Notes: generated by a model not told the origin, from the letters alone. A DNA stretch of 64,000 bases from Candidatus Pacearchaeota archaeon (GCA_018303845.1 JAGVXH010000002.1:27532-91531); one strand, 5' to 3'. Counted from the stretch's first letter, positions 20,560-31,146 are shown. Numbers and translations are program-made.

Positions 20560-20769
20560 ATGGCAAAGAAAAAGATAGCAAAAAAAACAGAAATAAAACC
20601 CTCACCGGTATGTTCTACAGACGAAACCTGCTACTGCAAAGGAATCATCGCACTGATTATAATTGCACTTACATGGTGGAAACCTGTAGAAATGTGGGCA
20701 AACATAACAATAACTGTACTAGCTGCAATAATCCTATTATCAGGAAACAGCTGCTGCTGCAAGAAATAA
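20560..20769 (+). CDS. Small Cys-rich two-TM membrane protein
   Basis: AGGAG RBS; two hydrophobic segments; CCC tail. Confidence 0.65.
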   Translation: MAKKKIAKKTEIKPSPVCSTDETCYCKGIIALIIIALTWWKPVEMWANITITVLAAIILLSGNSCCCKK

Positions 20770-20839
20770 ACCCCAAATTTTTATTTTTATTTTTTAATAT
20801 TCAAAATTTTAGTAATAAAATTTATTATCATTCTTCCCC

Positions 20840-21646
20840 TCAAAAAAACAACCTTTCAAAATTCTCCCAAATCTTATCAGCAACCTCTTCCAAAGAAATC
20901 CCCTTAATCCTCGCAATCTCCCCTAGCGTAACCGAAACATTAACCGGCTCATTCCAAGTCCCAACAACAGGAGAAAGATAAGCCCCATCAGTCTCCGTCA
21001 AAAGTTGCCCAAGCGGAACTATCTCAACCAACATCTTAAAATGCTCAAGCCTCACAATCACAGCCGGCACACTAAAACTCCAACCATTTTCTAGCACTCT
21101 CCGAATCAAAGCCTTCTTACCATTAAAACAATGCATCACAACCTTATCCATTTTCTCATCTTCCAAAATCTCAATAGCGTCAAGTTCAGCCTTCCGAGAA
21201 TGAATCACCACAACCTTATCCAACTTCTTCGCGAGCCTCAAGCATTTCCGAAAAACCTCCTTCTGTTTCTCCCTCATCTCCTCAGTCTGAAACTCCTTAA
21301 AATTATAATCCAGCCCAATCTCACCGATAGCAACACAGCTCGACTCATGCGCCTCAATCCAAGAGAGCTCCTTATCAACATCAAACTCTTCCAATTTACG
21401 AAGCAATTCATTAGACTCACCCAATTCAACTTCCTTCGCCAAAGCGTCAGTCGGATAAATCCCAAATGCAGCCTTAACACAATCATATTTATTAGCCAAC
21501 TCCAAACTCCGACGATTCGTCTCCTTATTCACACCCGAAGTAACAATAACCTCGCCACCTTTCTCTCGAAACCTTTCCAAAACAGAATCCAAATCCGCGT
21601 CAAATCGCGAATCATTCAAATGACAATGTACATCAACTAACTTCAT
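20840..21646 (-). CDS. tatD: TatD-family nuclease/hydrolase
   Basis: DVHCHL, IGEIGLDY, IHSRKA, MHCF, LLTETD. Confidence 0.93.
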   Translation of the reverse strand: MKLVDVHCHLNDSRFDADLDSVLERFREKGGEVIVTSGVNKETNRRSLELANKYDCVKAAFGIYPTDALAKEVELGESNELLRKLEEFDVDKELSWIEAHESSCVAIGEIGLDYNFKEFQTEEMREKQKEVFRKCLRLAKKLDKVVVIHSRKAELDAIEILEDEKMDKVVMHCFNGKKALIRRVLENGWSFSVPAVIVRLEHFKMLVEIVPLGQLLTETDGAYLSPVVGTWNEPVNVSVTLGEIARIKGISLEEVADKIWENFERLFF

Positions 21647-21679
21647 AAAATCTATAAACCAAACCCTCTTAAAAAACTA

Positions 21680-21913
21680 ATGATAGAATACTTTCTCTTA
21701 ATACTAGCAATCCCACTCGGAATCCTCCTAGCAAAAACCACCAAAGACGAAAAACAAATCTTCACAAAACCAGTCTACTTCCCTCTAATCCAAAAAATCA
21801 TCCTAATCCTAATGGCAATCACAATATCTCAAAACCAACAAATTTTCCTAACCTCAACATTCATGCTAATAACAATCTACACCTGGCAAAAGCTTAAACC
21901 CAAAACTTCTTAA
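21680..21913 (+). CDS. Small membrane protein
   Basis: Hydrophobic segments; LAIPLG..LAKTTKDE. Confidence 0.6.
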   Translation: MIEYFLLILAIPLGILLAKTTKDEKQIFTKPVYFPLIQKIILILMAITISQNQQIFLTSTFMLITIYTWQKLKPKTS

Positions 21914-21935
21914 CCAAAAAACTTCTCCTTATCCC

Positions 21936-23324
21936 ATGAGTACCGAACAACCAAACCACCGAACAACCAAACCACCCACCAAAAAAAACGGATTTTTTTT
22001 GGTCGGAACCGGCATGACAAAAAATTCCCTAACAGCTGAAAGTCTCGAGGCCCTAAAAAAATCCGACAAAATCTACCTAGAAAACTACACTGTAAACTTC
22101 CCCTACAAAATAGAAGACCTAGAAAAAGAAATAAACAAACATCTAAATTCTAATTCCTACAATCTAATCTCTCTTCCAAGAGGAAGTGTCGAAGACGAAT
22201 CAATCCTCCAAGAAGCAAAAACTCAAAAAGTGGCTCTCCTAGTTTACGGAGATTCATTATCAGCAACAACCCACATGCAACTAATCCTAGAATGCAAAAA
22301 ACAAAGTATACCTTACCAAATCTTCCACAATGCAAGTATACTAACAACAGTCGCCGAGACTGGACTCTCCCTCTACAAATTCGGGAAAACAACCTCAATG
22401 CCAAACTGGGCAGAACACACCAACAAACCAACCTCCTTCATAACCTACATAAAACAAAACCTCTCAATCGACGCCCACACCCTAATCCTAACCGACATTG
22501 GACTAGAAATTGAAAACGCAATCAATCAACTAAAAGAAGCATCAGAAAAAGAATCCCTAAAACTCCCAGAAAAAATAATTACAATTTCAAATGCGGGAAC
22601 TGAAAACCAAAAAATTTTCTACGACACTCCAGAAAACCTTAGCAACAAAAATATAGAAATGCCATTTTGCATAATCATACCAACAAAACTTCATTTTCTA
22701 GAAGAGGAAACATTGGAAAAAATTAAAATGATAATTCCGCATTATACATCATATAAAAAGGGTATCATGACGAAATTCGATCTTGTTTTTGAGGAAATTA
22801 GTAAGATTACCAAAAATGCAGCGGATAAAACTGAATATGGTCATTCACAATCCGTTTGGCAGTGGGTCTTAAAACTCAAACCAGACGCAGACATTGCATT
22901 GCAAATCGCCGCCTTGGGTCACGACATTGATAGAAGTTTTGAAGACTATCGGAAGATGAAGGCAAGATATGCGACTTATGATGAATACAAAAAAGCACAT
23001 GCTTTACTTTCTGCCAAGATAACATGCGATATTCTAATAAAACACAATTTTGACAAAGCAACGATAGATAAAGTTAAACATTTGATTGAAAATCATGAAA
23101 TTGGTGGTGAAGGCGATGTCGAGACTTTAACGGAAGCAGATAGCATGACATTCTTCAACAACTTACGGCATTATCGAGACACACATACTGAAAAAGAGAC
23201 AATCGACAAAATCAAATTTATGTATAAACGACTGTCTGCTAAAGCCAAAAAGTTAGTTAATCAAATCAAATTTAAAGACCAAGAATTATCTAATCTTGTG
23301 GAAGAATCAATTTCTGAATTATAG
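21936..23324 (+). CDS. dph5: Diphthine synthase fused in frame to an HD-domain protein
   Basis: YLENYT, LLVYGDSLSATTH, HNASI, GLSLYKFGKTTS, HTLILTD, LHFLEEE; C-terminal H..HD..H..D domain from about 22767. Confidence 0.85.
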   Translation: MSTEQPNHRTTKPPTKKNGFFLVGTGMTKNSLTAESLEALKKSDKIYLENYTVNFPYKIEDLEKEINKHLNSNSYNLISLPRGSVEDESILQEAKTQKVALLVYGDSLSATTHMQLILECKKQSIPYQIFHNASILTTVAETGLSLYKFGKTTSMPNWAEHTNKPTSFITYIKQNLSIDAHTLILTDIGLEIENAINQLKEASEKESLKLPEKIITISNAGTENQKIFYDTPENLSNKNIEMPFCIIIPTKLHFLEEETLEKIKMIIPHYTSYKKGIMTKFDLVFEEISKITKNAADKTEYGHSQSVWQWVLKLKPDADIALQIAALGHDIDRSFEDYRKMKARYATYDEYKKAHALLSAKITCDILIKHNFDKATIDKVKHLIENHEIGGEGDVETLTEADSMTFFNNLRHYRDTHTEKETIDKIKFMYKRLSAKAKKLVNQIKFKDQELSNLVEESISEL

Positions 23325-23398
23325 TTGTTTCAGGGCTATTTGGGCGACTTGAGATTTTTACCTTCGGCATCGTTGCTAAAATCTCGTCTTAACGAAAA

Positions 23399-23492
23399 GC
23401 ATAACAGCGATTAAGAGGTTACGCTCGGTTTCACCTCACTTCACCCAAATTTTTTCCTGCGAGGAAAACTTCCCTTAAGCCCGATGTTAAAA
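23399..23492 (+). other. attC-like recombination site
   Basis: GCATAAC-5 nt-TTAAGAGG ... CCCTTAA-7 nt-GTTAAAA; 94-bp imperfect palindrome after the HD gene. Confidence 0.55.
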
Positions 23493-23534
23493 ATCCACAA
23501 CAAATCTTAAATAACCTTTCAAACAAGAATTACT

Positions 23535-26417
23535 ATGCAAGAAAAATCCCAAATCCAAGAAACCGAAGAACAAATCTCAAAATTCTGGAAAGCAAACAAA
23601 ACATTCGAAGCCTCACTAAAAAAAACAGAAAAAGGCAAACCCTACATCTTCTACGACGGCCCACCCTTTGCAACAGGCCTTCCTCACTACGGCCACCTTC
23701 TGGCTTCAACCCTAAAAGACGTATACCCAAGATTTCACACAATGCTCGGACGTTACGTAAAAAGAACATGGGGCTGGGACTGCCACGGACTTCCCATTGA
23801 ATCAATCGCAGAAAAAAACCTCGGCATAAAATCTAAAGACGAAATAGAAAAAATGGGCGTCAAAAAATTCAACGACCATTGTAGACAACAAGTTTTAACC
23901 TACGACTCCGACTGGCGAACCTACATAGAAAAAATCGGAAGATGGGTAGACTGGCAAGGAGGCTACAAGACAATGGATAACTCCTACATAGAATCCGTCT
24001 GGTGGGCATTCAAACAATTATACGAAAAAGGCTACCTTTACGAAGGCGAAAAAATCCTACTCTACTGCCCAAGATGCGCAACCCCTCTAGCAAAATCAGA
24101 AATCGCAATGGACAATTCCTACAAAACAGTAAAAGAACTAACACTAACAGCAAAATTCAAACTCCAAACCCCCGAACCACCAAACCCCCGAACCACCAAT
24201 GGAAAAGGTGAAACCTTTTTCATAGCATGGACAACAACCCCATGGACTCTTCCAAGCAACCTGGCCTTAACAGTAAACCCAAACCTAATCTACACCTTCG
24301 TCAAAGATAAAAAAGACAACAACACCTACGTCCTAGCAAAAGAACTAATTCCCTCATTCTACAAAGACACAAATGAATACGAAATAACAAAAGAAATGAA
24401 AGGTAGCAAATTAGAAGGATTACAATACGAACCACTATTTCCCTATTTCAAAAATAACCCAAACTCATTCAAAATCCTAACCGCCGACTTCGTAACCGCA
24501 GAGGCAGGAACAGGAATCGTCCACACAGCCCCAGCATTCGGAGAAGATGACAACGCCATCTGCAGAAAATACAACATCCCAATGGTCCAACCAGTTACAG
24601 AAACAGGACACTTTACAAAAGAAGTAACAGACTACAAGGATCAACTAGTCTACGACGCAAGCCAACAAATAGTAATCGACTTAAAAACACAAGGGAAGGC
24701 AATCCAATCAAAAAAAATGGAACACGAATATCCATTCTGCTACAGATGCGACACGAAACTAATGTATCGAGCACTCCCAGCATGGTTTGTCGACATCCAA
24801 AAAATGAAAAACAGATTCCTAGAACTAAATCTCCAAATCAACTGGTTCCCATCTCACCTAAAAGAAGGACAAATGCAACACAACATCTCAACTGCGCCAG
24901 ACTGGAACATCACAAGAAACAGATACTGGGCAACCGCCATCCCAATTTGGAAATCCCCGTCAGGAAAAATAAAAGTCCTAGGCTCAATTGAAGAATTAAA
25001 ACAATATGCAATAAACCTACCAGAAGGGCAAATAGATTTACACAAAGATTCTCTAGACCCAATCAAATTAAAAATAGACGGAGAAGAATACACAAGAATC
25101 CCAGAAGTCCTAGACTGCTGGTTCGAATCAGGTGCAATGACCTTCGCGCAATTCCACTATCCATTCGAAAACAAAAAATTCTTCGACAAAAACTTCCCAG
25201 CACAATTCGTCACAGAATACATTGGGCAAACTAGGGCTTGGTTCTATTACATGATGGCACTTTCAACTATCCTCTTCGATAAAATCCCTTTCGAAAACGT
25301 CCTAACAACCGGAATCATCCTAGCCGAAGACGGAAAGAAAATGTCAAAATCCCTAAAAAACTATCCAGACCCACTAACAATGATAAACAAATACGGGGCC
25401 GACACATTCAGATTCTATATGTTAGGTTCTCCCCTAATGACAGCCGAAAATTTCAACTTCTCAGAATCCGGGCTAGAAGAAGTCTACAAAAAAATAACAG
25501 TCCTCTTATACAACGTAACAAGATTTTACAAAGATTACGCAACAGAAGACGACAAAAACTTCGAAACCTCAACAAACATATTAGACAACTGGATAATCTC
25601 AAGAACCGAAGAACTAAACAAAGTCGTCCAAGAAAACCTAGAGATATACAACTCCATCAAAGCCTGCGCCTTCGCAAAAAAATACATCGAAGACCTTTCA
25701 ACTTGGTATATCAGAAACTCTAGGAACCGATTCAACGAAGACGACTCCCAAGCAAGAAAAACAACATACTACGTCCTAAACAAACTCTCCAAAATCTTAT
25801 CACCACTAATCCCCTTCGTAACAGAATCAATCTTCCAAGACATAAATAACTCCCAAGATTCCGTCCACCTCCAAGACTATCCCAAAGCAAACGAATCCCT
25901 AATAAATAAAGAGCTAGAAGAAGAAATGGAAACCACAAGGAAAATAGTCTCAACACTATTACAACAAAGAGACAAAGCCGCAATAGGAATAAAATGGCCA
26001 CTAGCAAAAGCAACAGTTTCAACCCCAATACGACCAAAAGAAGAACTATCCAATATCATAAAAGAAGAACTTAACATAAAAGAAATAGAATACATCCCAC
26101 TAGCAGCTAACAGCCAAGAGCTAACAGCCAAATTAGACACAACCCAGACTCCAGAACTAGAATCCGAAGGCTACGCCAGAGAACTATCCAGAATAATCCA
26201 AGCGTCACGAAAAGAAAACAATCTAATAAAATCCGACACAATAGAACTAGAAATAATCTCCAATTTCAACGACATTATAAATTCCCAACTAGAATTCATA
26301 AAAACAAGAGTCGGAGCGACGACAATATCTTTAAAAAAAACCAGTAAAAATTTTGATTACTCAAAAGTCAGTAAAATAAAAAACAAAGAATTTGAAATAA
26401 AATTCAATAAGTTATAA
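23535..26417 (+). CDS. ileS: Isoleucine-tRNA ligase
   Basis: DGPPFATGLPHYGH, GWDCHGLP, WTTTPWTLP, GTGIVH, KMSKS. Confidence 0.97.
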   Translation: MQEKSQIQETEEQISKFWKANKTFEASLKKTEKGKPYIFYDGPPFATGLPHYGHLLASTLKDVYPRFHTMLGRYVKRTWGWDCHGLPIESIAEKNLGIKSKDEIEKMGVKKFNDHCRQQVLTYDSDWRTYIEKIGRWVDWQGGYKTMDNSYIESVWWAFKQLYEKGYLYEGEKILLYCPRCATPLAKSEIAMDNSYKTVKELTLTAKFKLQTPEPPNPRTTNGKGETFFIAWTTTPWTLPSNLALTVNPNLIYTFVKDKKDNNTYVLAKELIPSFYKDTNEYEITKEMKGSKLEGLQYEPLFPYFKNNPNSFKILTADFVTAEAGTGIVHTAPAFGEDDNAICRKYNIPMVQPVTETGHFTKEVTDYKDQLVYDASQQIVIDLKTQGKAIQSKKMEHEYPFCYRCDTKLMYRALPAWFVDIQKMKNRFLELNLQINWFPSHLKEGQMQHNISTAPDWNITRNRYWATAIPIWKSPSGKIKVLGSIEELKQYAINLPEGQIDLHKDSLDPIKLKIDGEEYTRIPEVLDCWFESGAMTFAQFHYPFENKKFFDKNFPAQFVTEYIGQTRAWFYYMMALSTILFDKIPFENVLTTGIILAEDGKKMSKSLKNYPDPLTMINKYGADTFRFYMLGSPLMTAENFNFSESGLEEVYKKITVLLYNVTRFYKDYATEDDKNFETSTNILDNWIISRTEELNKVVQENLEIYNSIKACAFAKKYIEDLSTWYIRNSRNRFNEDDSQARKTTYYVLNKLSKILSPLIPFVTESIFQDINNSQDSVHLQDYPKANESLINKELEEEMETTRKIVSTLLQQRDKAAIGIKWPLAKATVSTPIRPKEELSNIIKEELNIKEIEYIPLAANSQELTAKLDTTQTPELESEGYARELSRIIQASRKENNLIKSDTIELEIISNFNDIINSQLEFIKTRVGATTISLKKTSKNFDYSKVSKIKNKEFEIKFNKL

Positions 26418-26500
26418 ATACGACGACAAAATCCTTTTCACCCCTTAAAATCCAGACAACATGAAGAAACATTTAAATACTATTTAGAGTTAGAACAGTC

Positions 26501-27310
26501 ATGATAGTCAAAGAGGAGTTTCTTAGCAGACTCAGAAAAATATTCGACCTGAACCTTTACGAGGTCAAAGTATGGGCAGCCCTATTATCCAGAGGAACTT
26601 CTACCGCAGGAGAGCTATCCAGCATCTCAGACGTTCCAAGGTCTAGAACTTACGACATCCTAGAATCCCTAGAAAAGAAAGGCTTCATAGTAATGAAACT
26701 AGGAAAACCAATCCAGTTCGTAGCATTAAAGCCAGAAGAAGTAATTGAACGAGTAAAAAGAAATCTGATAGTTAACGCAAAAGAAAAATCAAAAAGATTA
26801 GAAAAGCTAAAAGGCGACGAAGTACTAGAAGAACTAACAAGCATCTTCTCTGAAGGAATCAAATACGTAGAACCAAGCGACCTCTCAGGCGCACTAAAGT
26901 CTAGACAAAACATATACAACCATTTAGACATGCTAGTTAGAGAAGCAGAAAGTACAATAACACTAGTAACAACTGCAGATGGACTAACCAGAAAACTAGA
27001 AGTCCTACTACCTTCTCTAGAAAAAGCAAAGAAAAGAGGAGTTAAAATAAGAATAGCCGCACCAATAACAGCAGAAAACAAAAAGGTAGCAAAAGATTTC
27101 TTAAAAATTGGAGAAGTAAGAGACATCCAAGATCTTAATGCAAGATTCATGTTAGTAGACAGTGAACAAATAATGTTTATGCTCCTAAATGATGACAATG
27201 TTCACCCATCTTACGATGTAGGAATTTGGATAAACACAGAATTCTTCGCACAAGCGCTAGAAAGCCTTTTCGAAATTGCTTGGAAAAATTTCAAAGCAAT
27301 AAAAGCTTAG
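26501..27310 (+). CDS. TrmB-family transcriptional regulator
   Basis: LNLYEVKVW, SDVPRSRTYDILESLEKKGF HTH, PLD-like effector domain. Confidence 0.9.
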   Translation: MIVKEEFLSRLRKIFDLNLYEVKVWAALLSRGTSTAGELSSISDVPRSRTYDILESLEKKGFIVMKLGKPIQFVALKPEEVIERVKRNLIVNAKEKSKRLEKLKGDEVLEELTSIFSEGIKYVEPSDLSGALKSRQNIYNHLDMLVREAESTITLVTTADGLTRKLEVLLPSLEKAKKRGVKIRIAAPITAENKKVAKDFLKIGEVRDIQDLNARFMLVDSEQIMFMLLNDDNVHPSYDVGIWINTEFFAQALESLFEIAWKNFKAIKA

Positions 27311-27388
27311 TCGTAAATCTATAATATCAAAATGTTAAAAACCATTATGATGTAAATCAAAATCCCTAACTTTCTCCAGCCTCAAATC

Positions 27389-29047
27389 CTACATCTCTTC
27401 TAAAGTCTCAATCCCAAGCAAATCAAGTCCCTTCTTAATCACAACCCTAAACACCTCAACAATCTCTAATCTAAACGCCTCACTCTCTCCGCCCAAAACA
27501 GGACAGCCGTGATAAAACTCATTAAAATCCTTAGCAAGTTCAAAACAATAATTCGCAATCAAATTCGGGGACAAATCCTCATAAGCCTTCACGACAACAT
27601 TATCAAACAAATCAATCTTCTTAATCAAAGCAAACTCCAAATCCCCAAAATCCTTATACTTTATATCTTGCCTTTTACTTTCAAATTTAATCTTCCTAAG
27701 GATAGAAGAAGCCCGAGCATACGAATACAAAAGATATGGGCCAGTGTCCCCTTCAAAAGAAAGAAACCTATCAACATCAAAAACCATATTATGCTCCCGA
27801 TTATTCTTCAAGTCTCCATAAAAAATCGCAGCCAAAGCAATTCTTCGAGCCCGCTCATCTAAATTATCACAATCGCCTCGAGCCTCCAAATTCCCTCGAG
27901 CCTTCTCGACAACCTCACCCAAAACATCTTCCATATAAACCGTCTTCCCTCGCCTAGTAGAAAACTTTTTCCCATCACTATCTAAATAAAGCCCATGCGC
28001 AGCATGCACCAAATCATCCGCCCAAGCATAGCCCATCTTCTTCAAAATACCAAACACCTGCCGAAAATGCAATGTCTGTTCAGCCCCAACCTCATAAATC
28101 GCCCGGTCAAAATCATAAACCTTCTTCCTATCAAGTGCCATGGCCAAATCCCTCGTCGCATAAAGACTAGTCCCATCACTCTTCTGAATCAAAACCTTCC
28201 CCAATCCAACATCATCAAGGTCAACAATCCTAGCACCCGCATCTTCAATTAGCAATCCCTTCTCCTTCAACTCGAAGATAACCGCATCCATCTTATCATT
28301 ATACAAACTCTCCCCAGAAACCTCATCAAAACTAATCCCAAGCAAATCATAAATCTTCTGAAACTTCACCAAAGACATCTCTCTAAATCTCTTCCACAAA
28401 GCCAAATTCTCAAAATCCCCACTCTCTAACTTCTTAAATTCAAGTCGACACTCATCATCAAATTCATCCGTAGCATTAATCCGAACATAAAGTTCCTGCA
28501 AGTGCCCAATGGCATCGCTCTCTAATTTCTCCTCACTACCCCACTTCTTCCAAGCACAAATAATCTTCCCAAACTGTGTCCCCCAATCCCCAAGATAATT
28601 AATCTTAACAACCTCAAATCCATTCGCCTCACAAATCCTCGCAATCGAATTACCAATAATCGTCGACCTCAAATGCCCAATCCCAAAAGGCTTTGCAATA
28701 TTCGGACTCGACATATCAATAACAATTCGCTTCCCATTTTTCAAAACCTTCTTCCCATAATCCTTGCCCAAAACCTTCCGCGCAAAAATCCCCTTATCAA
28801 TAAAAAAGTTAACATAAGCACCACTAGCCTCAACTCTCTCAATTTCCTTAGGCAAAACCTTCACAAAAGTCAAAGCCAAATCTCCAGCAATAACTCCAGG
28901 GGACTTCTTCAAAGTTTTAGCCAAACCAAAACAAGGAAAAGCATAATCCCCCATTTCAGACCTAGGCGGAACCTCAAGCAATCCCTCAATTTCACAAATA
29001 TCAAAATCAACTTCTTCAGCAATTAATTTAACAACAACATCTTTCAT
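27389..29047 (-). CDS. argS: Arginine-tRNA ligase
   Basis: GDYAFPCF, SSPNIAKPFGIGHLRST, NYLGDWGTQFG, FEGDTGPYLLYSYAR, C-terminal EEM. Confidence 0.97.
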   Translation of the reverse strand: MKDVVVKLIAEEVDFDICEIEGLLEVPPRSEMGDYAFPCFGLAKTLKKSPGVIAGDLALTFVKVLPKEIERVEASGAYVNFFIDKGIFARKVLGKDYGKKVLKNGKRIVIDMSSPNIAKPFGIGHLRSTIIGNSIARICEANGFEVVKINYLGDWGTQFGKIICAWKKWGSEEKLESDAIGHLQELYVRINATDEFDDECRLEFKKLESGDFENLALWKRFREMSLVKFQKIYDLLGISFDEVSGESLYNDKMDAVIFELKEKGLLIEDAGARIVDLDDVGLGKVLIQKSDGTSLYATRDLAMALDRKKVYDFDRAIYEVGAEQTLHFRQVFGILKKMGYAWADDLVHAAHGLYLDSDGKKFSTRRGKTVYMEDVLGEVVEKARGNLEARGDCDNLDERARRIALAAIFYGDLKNNREHNMVFDVDRFLSFEGDTGPYLLYSYARASSILRKIKFESKRQDIKYKDFGDLEFALIKKIDLFDNVVVKAYEDLSPNLIANYCFELAKDFNEFYHGCPVLGGESEAFRLEIVEVFRVVIKKGLDLLGIETLEEM

Positions 29048-29098
29048 ACAACAAAACACAAACAAACACTTATTAACTTTTCTTTTCTTCAATATTCC

Positions 29099-29767
29099 AT
29101 GCGAACTAAGATCATAGCGACCTACGGCCCATCATCAAAAAATCTAATCCCCGAACTCCTAAAAGCCGGCGCTTCCATAATACGACTAAACACAAAATAC
29201 ATCTCCCCCAGACAAGTCCAAAACATAATACAAAGACATCCAAAAACATCTTTCATGCTAGACATCAAAGACAGAAATCTCCTTCAAAAAATTTCCCATC
29301 TAAAATTCAAATACCTAGCAATTTCTTTTGCAGAATCCGAAAAAGAAATCATCCAGATAAAAGAAATGTTTCCAAAACAAATAATAATATCAAAAATAGA
29401 GAACCAAAAAGGTGTAGATAATATTAACAAATTAATAAAAGTTAGTGACGGAATCATGATAGCAAGAGGAGATTTAGGAAAAAGTATTCAATTCCAAAAA
29501 GTTCCAATGATACAAAAATCCATTACAAAAAAATGTAATAAAGCAAAAATATTCTCAATAACAGCGACCGAAATGATGCCATCCATGATAAGTTACGTAA
29601 GACCTTCAAGAGCGGAAACAGCAGACATAGCAAATGCAATTTTAGAAGGCTCGGAAGCCCTAATGCTTTCCGAAGAAACTGCCATAGGCAAATATCCAGT
29701 CTTAGCAATAAAAATGATGAAAACAATAATTCTAGAAACCGAAAAGCATATCAAAGAATTCAAATAA
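29099..29767 (+). CDS. pyk: Pyruvate kinase, barrel domain only
   Basis: RTKIIATYGP, SKIEN, GIMIARGDLG, PSRAETAD, MLSEETAIGKYP; only 222 aa. Confidence 0.85.
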   Translation: MRTKIIATYGPSSKNLIPELLKAGASIIRLNTKYISPRQVQNIIQRHPKTSFMLDIKDRNLLQKISHLKFKYLAISFAESEKEIIQIKEMFPKQIIISKIENQKGVDNINKLIKVSDGIMIARGDLGKSIQFQKVPMIQKSITKKCNKAKIFSITATEMMPSMISYVRPSRAETADIANAILEGSEALMLSEETAIGKYPVLAIKMMKTIILETEKHIKEFK

Positions 29768-29773
29768 ATAAAA

Positions 29774-30187
29774 TCATATTTTCAAACTAACCAACTTAGT
29801 ATTCCCAAGATTCACCCTCGCCAAAACCCGCCTCGTCTCAAGCTCAGACAAAATCCTCGAAACCTTAACCTTATTCAAACCCGACAAAGCAACCAGCCGA
29901 TTCTGCTCTAAGCTCCCATTATTCTCAACTAGCAAACCAACAATCTTCCTCTCCCCTTCAGGCAAAATACTCAAAACCCGATTTAACAAAACTTTATTTA
30001 TCTTACTCTGAAACAGCACAACAATCCCACCACCAACAACAATCGACAAAAACGAAATTCCATAAACAATCAAAGGCAAACTACTCCCCTCTTCAGAGAC
30101 ATAATAGCCATTAACAACAGCAAACAAAACCCCAAGAAAAAAAATCAAAACAAGTCCAACAATCAATCGCCTAACAGAAACTTCCAT
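29774..30187 (-). CDS. Membrane-anchored winged-HTH regulator
   Basis: Two TMs, then EQNRLVALSGLNKVKVSRILSELE..GNTK. Confidence 0.75.
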   Translation of the reverse strand: MEVSVRRLIVGLVLIFFLGVLFAVVNGYYVSEEGSSLPLIVYGISFLSIVVGGGIVVLFQSKINKVLLNRVLSILPEGERKIVGLLVENNGSLEQNRLVALSGLNKVKVSRILSELETRRVLARVNLGNTKLVSLKI

Positions 30188-30426
30188 TATCTCAATACCT
30201 TCTTTATTTTCAAAAATTCCTTCTCACTTATTTCACCAGCAGCAAACCGCTTCTTAACAATGTCAATAGCGGACTCATTCTTATTCCCTCTAACAACCCA
30301 ATAGATAACAAACCCAACGGCAAACAATATCAATAACTGAAAGACCCATCCATAAGGATGAAAACCCATAACTGGCTTAAATCCATCTCTTACCGCACAT
30401 CCCGTAATTCCAATTGGCATATTCAT
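30187..30426 (-). CDS. SHOCT-domain membrane protein
   Basis: One TM, then AIDIVKKRFAAGEISEKEF. Confidence 0.8.
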   Translation of the reverse strand: MNMPIGITGCAVRDGFKPVMGFHPYGWVFQLLILFAVGFVIYWVVRGNKNESAIDIVKKRFAAGEISEKEFLKIKKVLR

Positions 30427-30494
30427 TTTAATTTCCCAAACCTTTTAACCTTTGCCAAAATAAAAATAAAAATAAAATTTAATTATACTTAGCC

Positions 30495-30884
30495 CTATTC
30501 AGCAAAAGGACATCCTTCATGAGACTTGCCCATTCCACGCCCAAAGCCTTTCTTGCCGCCCATCTGGCCAAAGCCCATTCCACGACCTTCAGGCATAAGC
30601 TCTTCTAATTCAGCCATCAAACTCTCAACAGCCTCATCATCTCCAGCTTCACGAGCTTCTAAAAGCTCAGTCCTTAAAGCATGCATCCGAGTCATCCTAT
30701 CAAAATTCTCTTCACTAAGTTGAGCTATATGCAATTCCTTCCAAGCAGAATAGTCTCCACTCTCAACAGCCGCTTTCATAACATCCCTATCTTCACTAGA
30801 AGCAAAAGGCATAGCCACAACAAAAGAAACAGCAAAAAGCCCGACTAAAGCCAAAGCCAAAATCGCCAATGTTTTTCTTTCCAT
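30495..30884 (-). CDS. Secreted helical protein with Gly/Met-rich tail
   Basis: Signal peptide, AVESGDYSAW, GMGFGQMGG, HEGCPF. Confidence 0.65.
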   Translation of the reverse strand: MERKTLAILALALVGLFAVSFVVAMPFASSEDRDVMKAAVESGDYSAWKELHIAQLSEENFDRMTRMHALRTELLEAREAGDDEAVESLMAELEELMPEGRGMGFGQMGGKKGFGRGMGKSHEGCPFAE

Positions 30885-30921
30885 GTTAAATCCTCCCTTA
30901 TATCTCATGACAAAACCAGCA

Positions 30922-30953
30922 TGAAACGAGATATACTTTTTACTGAAACGAGA
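30922..30953. promoter_or_regulatory. Direct repeat TGAAACGAGA flanking a TATA-like box
   Basis: Identical 10-mers at 30922 and 30944, 22 bp apart. Confidence 0.5.
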
Positions 30954-31065
30954 AATGCAAAAGAATTATGGGCATATTAAAAAATCCCATCAAAACAATA
31001 AAAAAATAAGAAGGAAACAAAATCTCAAATCAGAGAATTCAAATGATTGTTTCCAAGTAATCTAA

Positions 31066-31146
31066 TTAATCCCAGTCGCCTTCTTCAGGATCTTCAATTT
31101 CACTTTCGAAATCATCCTCAAAATCTTCGTCTTCATCATATGCCAT
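31066..31146 (-). CDS. Acidic 26-aa micropeptide
   Basis: MAYDEDEDFEDDFESEIEDPEEGDWD*; GGAG and a TTTAAA box upstream. Confidence 0.5.
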   Translation of the reverse strand: MAYDEDEDFEDDFESEIEDPEEGDWD

